From positions 32,001-96,000 of the forward strand of contig JBEKCB010000003.1 of assembly GCA_050015075.1 (NCBI GenBank): a stretch of DNA of 64,000 bases, in the 5' to 3' direction. Both the position numbers and the translations under genes were made by a program. Shown here piece after piece: positions 45,163 to 53,580 of this stretch (position 1 is the first letter of the stretch; each line of letters starts with the position of its first letter). The notes under the pieces are model-generated. The model saw nothing but the letters and a program-made list of their open reading frames with translations. It ran no database searches and was not told the DNA's origin. This stretch comes from Candidatus Brocadiia bacterium. GTDB lineage: Bacteria; Planctomycetota; Brocadiia; CAIUPP01.

Positions 45163-45194
45163 GTCAATGCGGTAAGGAGTCTGCCGCCGGGCGG

Positions 45195-46649
45195 TTACAC
45201 GTGGAACACTTTCCCGGAATCGGGCGGTTCGTGGAGGTATCGGTCCAGCAGCGCCAGCGTGCCCTCGAGGCCGCCGGCCAGGTCCACGTCCAGCGCGTTG
45301 ACCCGGTCGGCGTTGTGGTCGAGCCAGCTCCGCACGATCTGCAATTCCTCGCGCTCCGGCTCGGCCACCGGCTGGCCCGCCGGCTTTTTCGGCCCGAAGA
45401 AGAATTCCGCGAGCAGCGGTCGGAGGCGCTCGCGCGCCTCGGCGCGCGGGAGCTTCACCCGGCGCATCGCGCGGTTGCCGTCGAGCAGAAAGATCTCCAC
45501 CTCGCCGGCATCCGGCGCGGGCAGCATCAGCAGGACTCGGCGCGCGGGTCCTTTCGACGCTTCGGGGCGGTCATGCACGTCGAACTGGATATTGATCGCC
45601 GGCTGGAGCGCGCGGAGCGCGCGCTGTTCCGCAAGCCGCGCGGCGAGCTCGGAGCCGGTTTCCTCGATCTCGACGCGCGAGAGCGCCTCGAGGATGCGCT
45701 CGGTCTTCTCGTCGCGCTCGATCCGCGGGCGAAAGTAGCTCTGCACGCGCGCGCGGAGGTTCGAAGCCTTCCCGACGTAGATCGCCGTGCCGTTCGCGTC
45801 GCGCATGATGTAGATGCCCGGAGACTCCGGCAGGCCGGCGATGAAGCCGTGGTCGAACTCGAAGCGGGAGAAGTCCGCCTCAATCTTCTTCGGGTGCTGC
45901 AGCTCCGTCCAGCCCTCCGGCTCGCCGAGGCCGAAGCTCTCCTTGCGGGCCAGCATGGCCGAAAGCATCTCCGCCGTCGCGCGGGCCGTGGCGGCGGCGC
46001 CGGCGACCTCGCGCGCCGGCAGGCCCAGCCGCGCGGCGAGCGCCTCGCGCGAATCCGTCTTCAGCCCCGGCGCACGTTTCCCCAGCCGCTCGAGCGACAG
46101 CGGCTGCGGCGTCTCGTCCGGCTCCGCGATCGCGCGCGCCACGGCGGACTGGAATCCGCCGATGCGGTACGCGACCACGACGGACCCGCGAGCGAAGTCG
46201 GCGGCCTGCAGCACGGCCGCCGTCAGCGGCGGCCCTGCGAGGACCGCCTTCTTGATCTGCGGCGGAAGAATCAGGTCCGGCGGCCACGGGTCGTCCGGCC
46301 GAATGGCCGAACTGACCGTCTGTCCCGCGCGGCCGGCCGCGTCCACACGCAACGCGGCCCAGGCGATGAAGTAATGCCGCGCGCCGGCGGCGACTTCCGT
46401 CGCCTCGATGACCGTGTAGTCCGAACCGGCGGCCGTGGCCGGCCCGGAGCGGTTCACGCGCCACCTTCCATCGGGGCCGAGGACCAGGCGCGGGTCGCCG
46501 GAGAGCACGTTGCCGATCAGCCGCGCGCAGAGCTGCGGCGGCGCCGACATGGGTGAGAGAAAGACGGTCGCCAGTTCCTGAGCATCAACGCCGTCCGGCC
46601 CCCGGGCGGCGACGTAAGCGGCGATCTTGTCCACGATGGAGCGGTTCAC
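45195..46649 (-). CDS. GIY-YIG (UvrC/Cho-like) nuclease with degenerate DnaQ-like N-terminal domain
   Basis: LPESPGIYIMRD.NG.AIYVGKASNLRARVQSYF; GTG start overlaps the RluA-family gene stop. Confidence 0.8.
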   Translation of the reverse strand: MNRSIVDKIAAYVAARGPDGVDAQELATVFLSPMSAPPQLCARLIGNVLSGDPRLVLGPDGRWRVNRSGPATAAGSDYTVIEATEVAAGARHYFIAWAALRVDAAGRAGQTVSSAIRPDDPWPPDLILPPQIKKAVLAGPPLTAAVLQAADFARGSVVVAYRIGGFQSAVARAIAEPDETPQPLSLERLGKRAPGLKTDSREALAARLGLPAREVAGAAATARATAEMLSAMLARKESFGLGEPEGWTELQHPKKIEADFSRFEFDHGFIAGLPESPGIYIMRDANGTAIYVGKASNLRARVQSYFRPRIERDEKTERILEALSRVEIEETGSELAARLAEQRALRALQPAINIQFDVHDRPEASKGPARRVLLMLPAPDAGEVEIFLLDGNRAMRRVKLPRAEARERLRPLLAEFFFGPKKPAGQPVAEPEREELQIVRSWLDHNADRVNALDVDLAGGLEGTLALLDRYLHEPPDSGKVFHV

Positions 46650-47758
46650 GTTGCGCGCAAAGCCTCCAACAGGCACTGCAGGTCCGGCGGCAGCGGCGCC
46701 TCAATCGTCACCGGGCTGCCGGTGACCGGGTGGTTGAACCGGATCCGATGGGCGTGGAGCGCCTGCCGGCTCAGCAGCAGGCGGTCCTCCTCGCCCGGCG
46801 CGAGCGGCCCGAGGTCCGAGCGGCGCAGCTCGGCGCGCAGGCCGTAGCGCTTGTCGCAGACGACCGGGTGGCCGATGGCCTGCAGGTGCACGCGGATTTG
46901 GTGCATGCGGCCGGTGAACAGGCGGCAGCGCAGGCAGGTGAAGCCGCGGAACCGCTCGAGCACCTGGTAGCCGGTGCGGCTGGTCTGGCCGCCGGGATGC
47001 ACGGTGACTTGCGCCTGGTCGTGCGGCGTGTCCGGCCGCCGCCCGATGGGCAGGTCAATCACCCCGGAATCCTGCTCCACCGCGCCCTCGGCGATCGTGA
47101 AATACTCCTTGACGACCTGCGTCCGCTCGAAGACCAGCGGCGAGGCGCGCTCATGGCGGCGCATCTTGTACGCGATGAGCACGCCGCTCGTCTCGCGGTC
47201 TATGCGGTGCGCCAGCCGCGGGATGATGTCCTTCTTCGGGTCGTGCAGGTCGCGGTAACGCAGGTGGAGCGCGTTGATGAGCGTGTCGTAGCGGTGGCGG
47301 CCGGCGGGATGGACGACGAGGTGCGGCGGCTTGTTGAGGATGATGAGCAGGTCGTCCTCGTAGAGGATCTCCAGCGGGATCTCGGCGATGCGGTACGCGG
47401 CCTCCGGCGGCGGCGGGAGCGGCAGGCGGATTTCCTCGCCGAGCTTGACGCGGTACGAGCAATCGAGGCGGATTCCGCCGGCGGTGACCTCGCGCTCGGC
47501 GATCAATTCCTGCACCTTCGTCCTCGAGCGCCAGTGCAGGCGCATCTTCAGGAACTGGTCGAGGCGCATGCGGGCCTGGTCGGGATAGACGTGGAAGATC
47601 TCCGCCTCCTGCGGCACGATCAGCTTGTCGGGCGTCTTGCGGGCGACGCGGCGCGGCCCCTTGCGACGCTTCGACGAATGCGCGGGGCCGACCTGAGCCG
47701 CGTCGAGCGGGCGGCGCTTCGGTTCCACGGAGGCATTGTCGCGCGCGGACTTTTCCAT
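46646..47758 (-). CDS. RluA/RluD family pseudouridine synthase with S4 domain
   Basis: RLDQFL, ILYED..LIILNKP, HRIDRETSGV, TGRMHQIRVH, RQALHA. Confidence 0.93.
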   Translation of the reverse strand: MEKSARDNASVEPKRRPLDAAQVGPAHSSKRRKGPRRVARKTPDKLIVPQEAEIFHVYPDQARMRLDQFLKMRLHWRSRTKVQELIAEREVTAGGIRLDCSYRVKLGEEIRLPLPPPPEAAYRIAEIPLEILYEDDLLIILNKPPHLVVHPAGRHRYDTLINALHLRYRDLHDPKKDIIPRLAHRIDRETSGVLIAYKMRRHERASPLVFERTQVVKEYFTIAEGAVEQDSGVIDLPIGRRPDTPHDQAQVTVHPGGQTSRTGYQVLERFRGFTCLRCRLFTGRMHQIRVHLQAIGHPVVCDKRYGLRAELRRSDLGPLAPGEEDRLLLSRQALHAHRIRFNHPVTGSPVTIEAPLPPDLQCLLEALRAT

Positions 47759-47950
47759 GAGGACGGAGCATACCGGCGCGCGGCGCCAGCGTCAAGATGA
47801 CTCAAGAAAACGCCGGAAACGCCGATGATCCTACAGGAGCCGCCGAGCCCGCGCCCGGAGGGCGGGAATATTGACACTTGCCGGCGACCGTGCTACGTTG
47901 AACCCGGCATTCGAGATGCCGGGAAGCGACGCCGGTGAAAGACGGAGGAG

Positions 47951-49231
47951 ATGATGACCGGGGAGCAACATCGCGATCCGCCCTGTGCTGAAAGTTACGC
48001 GCTCGAGAGAATCCTCAAGGAAGTCAGCGACATCGTCAGCCTGCTCGAAGACGCCGAGAAGGTGATGAACGAGCTGGTCCGGCTGACGACGCGCCTCCTG
48101 AAGGTGGGCAATTGCTCGCTGGTGCTGGTGGAGCCGGGGACGGACGTGCTGCGCATTCACGCCTCATATGGGATGGACCCGGAAATCCAGCGGACGTGGC
48201 GCGCGCGCATCGGTGAGGGCATCACCGGCTGGGTCGCGCAGACCGGCAAGCCGCTGCTGATCGAGAACGTCGAGACGCACCCGCTCTTCCAGCGCAAGAG
48301 CCGCCGGCGGTACAGCACCAAGTCGCTGCTCTCGGTGCCGCTGATTTACCAGAAGCGCGTGCTCGGCGTGCTGAACGTCAACAACCGGAACGACGCCGGC
48401 ATCTTCACGCAATCGGACGAGCTGCTCCTCTCGACGCTGGCGAACTTCATCGTGATCGCGATCCAGAAGTCCTGGATGCGCGCGAAGATCCTCCAAGGCG
48501 AGCGGCACGAGGCGGACCTGCGCGTAGCGCGCGAGATCCAGGAGCAGGTCCTGCCCGCGCAACTGCCGAGCCGCGAACGCTGGGAATTTTCGGCGCGGAA
48601 TCTCCCCGCGCGGTGGATCGCCGGCGACTTCTTCGACGCGATCCCCGTCGCGGACGACCGGACCTGCGTGGTGATCGGCGATGTCTGCGGCAAAGGCGTA
48701 CCCGCCGCGCTGTACATGGCCCGCGTCATGGCGTACTGCCGCGTGGTCAGCCAGGTGCGCCGCACCGCCGGCGGCATCCTCGCGTTCGTCAACGACCTGC
48801 TCGCCTCGGAGTGGACCGATCTCACATTCGTGACCGCGCTGGCGTGCGTCTTCGACAACCGCAGCGGCCGGATCACCTTCTGCTCGGCCGGCCATCCGAT
48901 GCCGTACCGGGTGCGCGAATCCACCGGCGAGGTCAGCGTCGTCGAGGCCGGCCATGGGCTGCCGCTGGGCGTCGAGAGCGGCTCGTCCTTCGAGGACGTG
49001 GGCATCGAGGCGCAGCCCGGCGACGCGTTCGTCCTCTACACCGACGGCATCACCGAGGCAAAGAATACCGACGGCGAGATCTTCCACGAAAAACGCCTCC
49101 AGGACGTGTTGCGGGGCCACCGCGGCCGGCCGGAGACTCTGACCCAGAGCATCTTGACGGCCGTGCAGACTTTCACCGGCCGCGAGCCGCAGTCCGATGA
49201 TTTGACGCTCGTCACGATCAAACACACGTGA
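47951..49231 (+). CDS. GAF plus SpoIIE/PP2C phosphatase (RsbU-like)
   Basis: GEGITGWVA, SLLSVPL (GAF); AREIQ, GDFFD, GDVCGKGVPAA, SAGH, YTDGITEA, DDLTL. Confidence 0.92.
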   Translation: MMTGEQHRDPPCAESYALERILKEVSDIVSLLEDAEKVMNELVRLTTRLLKVGNCSLVLVEPGTDVLRIHASYGMDPEIQRTWRARIGEGITGWVAQTGKPLLIENVETHPLFQRKSRRRYSTKSLLSVPLIYQKRVLGVLNVNNRNDAGIFTQSDELLLSTLANFIVIAIQKSWMRAKILQGERHEADLRVAREIQEQVLPAQLPSRERWEFSARNLPARWIAGDFFDAIPVADDRTCVVIGDVCGKGVPAALYMARVMAYCRVVSQVRRTAGGILAFVNDLLASEWTDLTFVTALACVFDNRSGRITFCSAGHPMPYRVRESTGEVSVVEAGHGLPLGVESGSSFEDVGIEAQPGDAFVLYTDGITEAKNTDGEIFHEKRLQDVLRGHRGRPETLTQSILTAVQTFTGREPQSDDLTLVTIKHT

Positions 49232-49238
49232 ACGCCGG

Positions 49239-49904
49239 ATGCCGACCGCGCATGGGCGAATGAGAGGCGGGGTGGACTTGGCCGGAGCGGCGCGCGCCAC
49301 CGCGCGCTGCGCGGGGATCCTCTGTCTTCTGGCCGGCCTGGCCGGCTGCGGCGGCGCCTCGCAGGTCCAGGTAGACCGCCAGATTGAGCTGCCGGCGCAA
49401 CCCGCGCAATGGGTGGTCGCGGTCTTTCCGCTGGACGAGTCGGGCACGAAAAAGACGACCGAGGAGTACACCATCTACGGGCGCACGGGCGCGCAGGGCA
49501 GCGGGGCGATGCTCGCGCGCTCCATTTCGCGGGCGGTCGGCGCGAGCGGCCGGTTCCGCAGCATTGATGAAACGGCGATCCGTAACCTGATGCTGGATGA
49601 GAAGCTCACCTCGGCGGAATTCTCCGCCTTGGACGATGAGCGCGCCGGCGAACTGGGGCGCAAGCTCGGCGCAAACCTGGTCGTGCGCGGCAAGGTCGCC
49701 GCGTTCGAGCGGTCCTGGCTCCTCTTCATGCCCAAGACGACGGTGCGCCTGGAATTGCGCGGCCTCGACCCGGCCACAGGCGAGACGCTCTGGAGCGCCA
49801 CCGTCGGCGTCTCTTCCACGTCGCGCTCCCAGGCGACCTGGATTTCCACCCTCTCCGCCGACGCCCTCAGCGCCATCACCGAAGGGATCGGCGCGCCTCG
49901 GTAA
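49239..49904 (+). CDS. CsgG/LpoB-like fold lipoprotein
   Basis: Lipobox LAG-C; VAVFPL, LGRKLGANLVVRG.V, D..TGETLWS. Start uncertain. Confidence 0.65.
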   Translation: MPTAHGRMRGGVDLAGAARATARCAGILCLLAGLAGCGGASQVQVDRQIELPAQPAQWVVAVFPLDESGTKKTTEEYTIYGRTGAQGSGAMLARSISRAVGASGRFRSIDETAIRNLMLDEKLTSAEFSALDDERAGELGRKLGANLVVRGKVAAFERSWLLFMPKTTVRLELRGLDPATGETLWSATVGVSSTSRSQATWISTLSADALSAITEGIGAPR

Positions 49905-49930
49905 GCCGGCCGGCGCCCCTCATTTTTTTC

Positions 49931-49959
49931 TTGACACGCGCCCCCGGCCGTCCTATTAT
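49931..49959 (+). promoter_or_regulatory. Sigma70 promoter of spoVG
   Basis: TTGACA-N17-TATTAT. Confidence 0.7.
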
Positions 49960-50054
49960 TGACTCAAGAGCCGCAGGCGGGGAAAAAGGGCAGAACTGCC
50001 GCCGGCGGGCGGGCGAACGACATCCGAGGGCTTGGCGATCAGGAGGGGAGCCCG

Positions 50055-50543
50055 ATGGAGATCACGGACGTTCGAATCCGGCTCATCGAGGATAAAACGG
50101 AACGTCTCCGCGCCTTCTGCACCATGACGCTCGACCGGGAGTTCGTCGTACGCGACATCAAGATCATTGACGGGGCGAAAGGCTTGTTTGTCGCGATGCC
50201 CAGCCGCAAGCTGGCGGACCACTGCTTGAAGTGCCACAGCAAAAACCACCTGCGCGCGAAGTTCTGCAACGAGTGCGGAGCCCGGCTGCCGGGAAAGCGC
50301 GCGCCGGACCCGGCCGAGGCGAGCGGCAAACTCCACGTGGACGTCGCCCACCCGATCAACAGCGAGTGCCGCGCGCGGTTTCAGAAGGTGCTCCTCGACG
50401 CGTTTCACACCGAGGTGGAAAAGGCGAAGACCCCAGGTTACGTCCCGCCGGACCTGCATGAGCCGGAAGAGGAAGCCCATCATCCGAAGCCGGGTCCCGG
50501 GCAGCCGCCCGCCGCCGAAGTCAGCGTCGAGCCGCAGACTTAG
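50055..50543 (+). CDS. spoVG: SpoVG family protein with zinc-ribbon insertion
   Basis: MEITDVRIR, FVVRDIKIIDG..GLFVAMPSRK, CLKC...FCNECG insert, DVAHPINS.CR. Confidence 0.92.
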   Translation: MEITDVRIRLIEDKTERLRAFCTMTLDREFVVRDIKIIDGAKGLFVAMPSRKLADHCLKCHSKNHLRAKFCNECGARLPGKRAPDPAEASGKLHVDVAHPINSECRARFQKVLLDAFHTEVEKAKTPGYVPPDLHEPEEEAHHPKPGPGQPPAAEVSVEPQT

Positions 50544-51061
50544 AACTCGTCCTTGCCCGTCAGCTCCTTCTCCATCTCGTCGGCCGCTTCCACCGTCAGC
50601 CGCAGCGCGCTGATGAACGATTCGTCGCTGCTGTCCGCCGGGATCTTCGTGACGAACATTGCGTAGTAGCCGTCCTTATCCTTCTGCATCACCCACGCGC
50701 CGAGCTTCTTGTCATTGTTGTCCGACAGCAGCCGGTCGGCCACCTCCGCGGTGAACGGCGCGGCGGACCGGTACGCCGGCGACAGGATTTCTCGAATTTC
50801 CAGGTTCATGTACCGATAGGTCGCCGAGCTGATGATCACGACCTGGCTGCGGCCGTTCTTGAAGGTGAAGGTCACTTTGAAGTTGCCGGACCGGGTGAGT
50901 TCGTACCCAATCTTGCGCGCCTCGAGTATCTGCTTGATGCGCGGGTCCGGCGCGCTCTTCTGGTCCGGCGGCGCGGTCGTCTCCGGCGCAGGCGCCGTCT
51001 GCGCGTTCGCCGCCTGCCAGAGGAACGCCAGCCCCGCGAGCGTCAGGATAAGCTTTCGCAT
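50540..51061 (-). CDS. Secreted YbjN-like domain protein
   Basis: Signal peptide ending ANA; RSQVVII, LL..N...KLGAW, ADEMEKELTGKDEF. Confidence 0.65.
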   Translation of the reverse strand: MRKLILTLAGLAFLWQAANAQTAPAPETTAPPDQKSAPDPRIKQILEARKIGYELTRSGNFKVTFTFKNGRSQVVIISSATYRYMNLEIREILSPAYRSAAPFTAEVADRLLSDNNDKKLGAWVMQKDKDGYYAMFVTKIPADSSDESFISALRLTVEAADEMEKELTGKDEF

Positions 51062-51249
51062 CGTTTTCCTCCCGGGCGAACCGGGGTCCGGGTCGCCCAC
51101 CGTTCATCGTCCTTGCGCGATCGCATCCGCAAAATCGCAGTTTCCAGGTGAAAAGTCAAGGTGGAAAAATCCCGCGGCATGAAGTAACATCTCGCCGGTC
51201 GGATGTAATCCAAAAAGACGGCCGAGGCCGAATTATCGGAGAAACGATC

Positions 51250-52728
51250 ATGTCCAATGCCAAGCAGTTCCTGGCGGTTGATCTGGGCGCCGAGAGCGGC
51301 CGCGTGATGCGCGGATCGCTCGCCGGCGGGCGGCTGCAGATCGCGGAAGCGCACCGTTTCGCCAACGGCCCGCTGCAACAGGGCGAGTCGCTCCGGTGGG
51401 ACTTCGCGAAGATCCTGGCGGGCGTCAAGCGCGGCATCGCGCTCGGCGTGGAGCAGAGCGGAAAGGAGATCGCGGGAATCTCCGTGGACAGTTGGGGCGT
51501 GGATTTCGGCCTGCTCGACGCGCGCGGCGAACTCGTGGAGAACCCGTATCACTACCGCGACGCCCAGACCGAAGGGATGCTCGAGGAGGCGTTCCGGCGC
51601 GTGCCGAAACGCGAAGTGTACGCGCGGACGGGCATCGAGATCCGGCGGATCAACTCGCTCTTCCAGCTCCTGGCCATGCGCCTGCGCAAGGACCCGGCGC
51701 TCGCGCGGGCGCGCCGGCTGATGTTCATGGCCGACCTCGTGGCGCACGCGCTCTGCGACGAAATCTTCGCGGAGTACACGCTGGCGAGCACCTCGCAGAT
51801 GGCGGACATGCACACGGGCGAGTGGTCGGCGGAGCTGCTCGCGCGGCTCGACCTCCCGGCGGAGCTTCTGCCGCAGATCGTCAAACCAGGCACGGTCGTC
51901 GGCCGGCTGACCGCCGCGGTCGCCGCCGAGTGCGACTGCGGGCGCGTGCCGGTCATCGCCTCCGGCTCACACGACACCGGCTGCGCGGTGGCCGCCGTGC
52001 CGGCCGAAGGAGAAGGCTGGGCCTATCTCTCCAGCGGCACGTGGTCGCTGGCCGGCGTCGAGCTGAAACAGGCCGTGATCACCGACGCGAGTTTCGCGGA
52101 CAATATCACCAACGAGGGCGGCGTGGAAGGCACAATCCGTTTCCTCACGAGCCTGGCCGGCCTGTGGCTGGTGCAGGAGTGCCGGCGCCAGTGGCAGCGC
52201 GAGGGAAGCGATTTTTCGTACGCGAAGCTGACGGAGATGGCGCGCGCGGCGCGGCCGTTCGCGGCGCGGATCGAGCCGAACGACGACTGTTTCACCGCGG
52301 CCGGAGACATGCCGGCGCGGATTAACCGTTATCTGGAGCAGACCGGCCAGCCGCCGCTGTCGGACAAGGGCGAGATCGTCCGCAGCATTCTCGAGTCGCT
52401 GGCTTTCACGTACCGGCGGACGCTCGACAAGGTCGAGGCGATGACCGGCCGGCCCAGCCGCGTGCTGCACATCGTGGGCGGCGGCGCGCAGAATGTGCTG
52501 CTCAACCAGTTCGCCGCCGACGCGACGGGGCGCGAGGTGATCGCCGGCCCGATCGAGGCGACCTCAATCGGCAATATGCTGATGCAGGCGAAGGCCGTCG
52601 GCGCGATCGGCTCGCTGGCGGAACTCCGCACCGTCGTGCGCGACTCGTTCCCGACGCAGCGCTACGTCCCCGGCCAGGTCGAGGCGTGGGAAAGCGAGCG
52701 CCAATCCAGAGCAGTGTCCGGGAAGTAA
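51250..52728 (+). CDS. rhaB: Rhamnulokinase (FGGY family)
   Basis: AVDLGAESGR, DSWGVDFGL, YRD, HDTGCAV, SSGTWSL, TNEGG, GLWLVQE, GPIEAT.IGN. Confidence 0.92.
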   Translation: MSNAKQFLAVDLGAESGRVMRGSLAGGRLQIAEAHRFANGPLQQGESLRWDFAKILAGVKRGIALGVEQSGKEIAGISVDSWGVDFGLLDARGELVENPYHYRDAQTEGMLEEAFRRVPKREVYARTGIEIRRINSLFQLLAMRLRKDPALARARRLMFMADLVAHALCDEIFAEYTLASTSQMADMHTGEWSAELLARLDLPAELLPQIVKPGTVVGRLTAAVAAECDCGRVPVIASGSHDTGCAVAAVPAEGEGWAYLSSGTWSLAGVELKQAVITDASFADNITNEGGVEGTIRFLTSLAGLWLVQECRRQWQREGSDFSYAKLTEMARAARPFAARIEPNDDCFTAAGDMPARINRYLEQTGQPPLSDKGEIVRSILESLAFTYRRTLDKVEAMTGRPSRVLHIVGGGAQNVLLNQFAADATGREVIAGPIEATSIGNMLMQAKAVGAIGSLAELRTVVRDSFPTQRYVPGQVEAWESERQSRAVSGK

Positions 52729-52783
52729 TATACATAAGTCCAGCCTGCGTCATGTCGCGCGCAGTACTCTGCGCGCTCTGGCT

Positions 52784-52840
52784 GCTCGTAGTGTGCCCGT
52801 AAGGGCATACTAAATAGCGCCTTACGGCGCCACTACAAGC
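52784..52840. repeat. GTAG-type REP-like cloverleaf element, copy 1
   Basis: gctcgtagtg-tgccc(gtaa)gggca-...-gcgcc(ttac)ggcgc-cactacaagc; near-identical to 58646-58702. Confidence 0.85.
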
Positions 52841-52881
52841 CGCTTATGAGATTCCTCTTTCCGGGACGCCGGTCTCGATAA

Positions 52882-53580
52882 TCAGCGCCCTTTTATCCGC
52901 AGCCGCGCGGCCAGGGCCAGGCTTTCCCCCATCGCCCGCAGGTTGAACTTGCTCCGGCCCTTCTCGCGGTCCTGGAAAAGGATCGGGATTTCCTTGATCC
53001 GGAACCCGCGGCAGCGGTACAGAATTTCCGTGACGATGCCGGGGCCGGGTGAAGTCAGCGTCTCCAGGTGAATGCTCTCCAGCACGCTCCGGCGGAAGCA
53101 GCGATAGCCGGAAGTCGGGTCCCGGACGCCTTTCAGGCCGAGCATCGTGCGCAGGTAAAAGGCGGCGCCGGCGGTGATGAGCCTTCGGCCAAAGCCGCGG
53201 TCGCGCGCCCCGCCGCCGGGGACCGAGCGCGAGCCGATGACGACATCCCACTCGCGCGAGGCCGCCAGGAACTCGGGCAGATAGAACGGGTCGTGCGAGA
53301 GGTCCGCGTCCATCTCGAGGATCGGGTCGAATCCCTGGGCCACGCAGTAACGGAATCCCTCGGCGCCGGCATAGCCGCGGCCGCGCTGCGTGCGCCGATG
53401 GATCACGCGGACTCGGTCCGAGGCGCGGGCGAGTTCGTCGGCGAGCCGGCCGGTGCCGTCGGGCGACTCATCGTCCACGATGACGACGGTCATCTCCGGC
53501 GCCGCGCGCAGGACGGCCTCGGTGATCTTGCGGAGGTTCTCCGCCTCGTTGTAAGTGGGCAGCATCACCGCCGGCTTCAT
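52882..53580 (-). CDS. GT2 polyprenol-monophosphomannose synthase-like
   Basis: PTYNEAENL, VDDESPDGT, MDADLSHDP, VIGSR, DPTSGYR, SKFN. Confidence 0.92.
   Translation of the reverse strand: MKPAVMLPTYNEAENLRKITEAVLRAAPEMTVVIVDDESPDGTGRLADELARASDRVRVIHRRTQRGRGYAGAEGFRYCVAQGFDPILEMDADLSHDPFYLPEFLAASREWDVVIGSRSVPGGGARDRGFGRRLITAGAAFYLRTMLGLKGVRDPTSGYRCFRRSVLESIHLETLTSPGPGIVTEILYRCRGFRIKEIPILFQDREKGRSKFNLRAMGESLALAARLRIKGR

Noticed and set aside
49960-50054. Riboswitch in the spoVG leader
   Set aside because: The ~90-nt leader is GC-rich but shows no recognisable aptamer or terminator.
47951-50543. Sporulation genes (SpoIIE domain, spoVG)
   Set aside because: Both families are widespread in non-sporulating bacteria.
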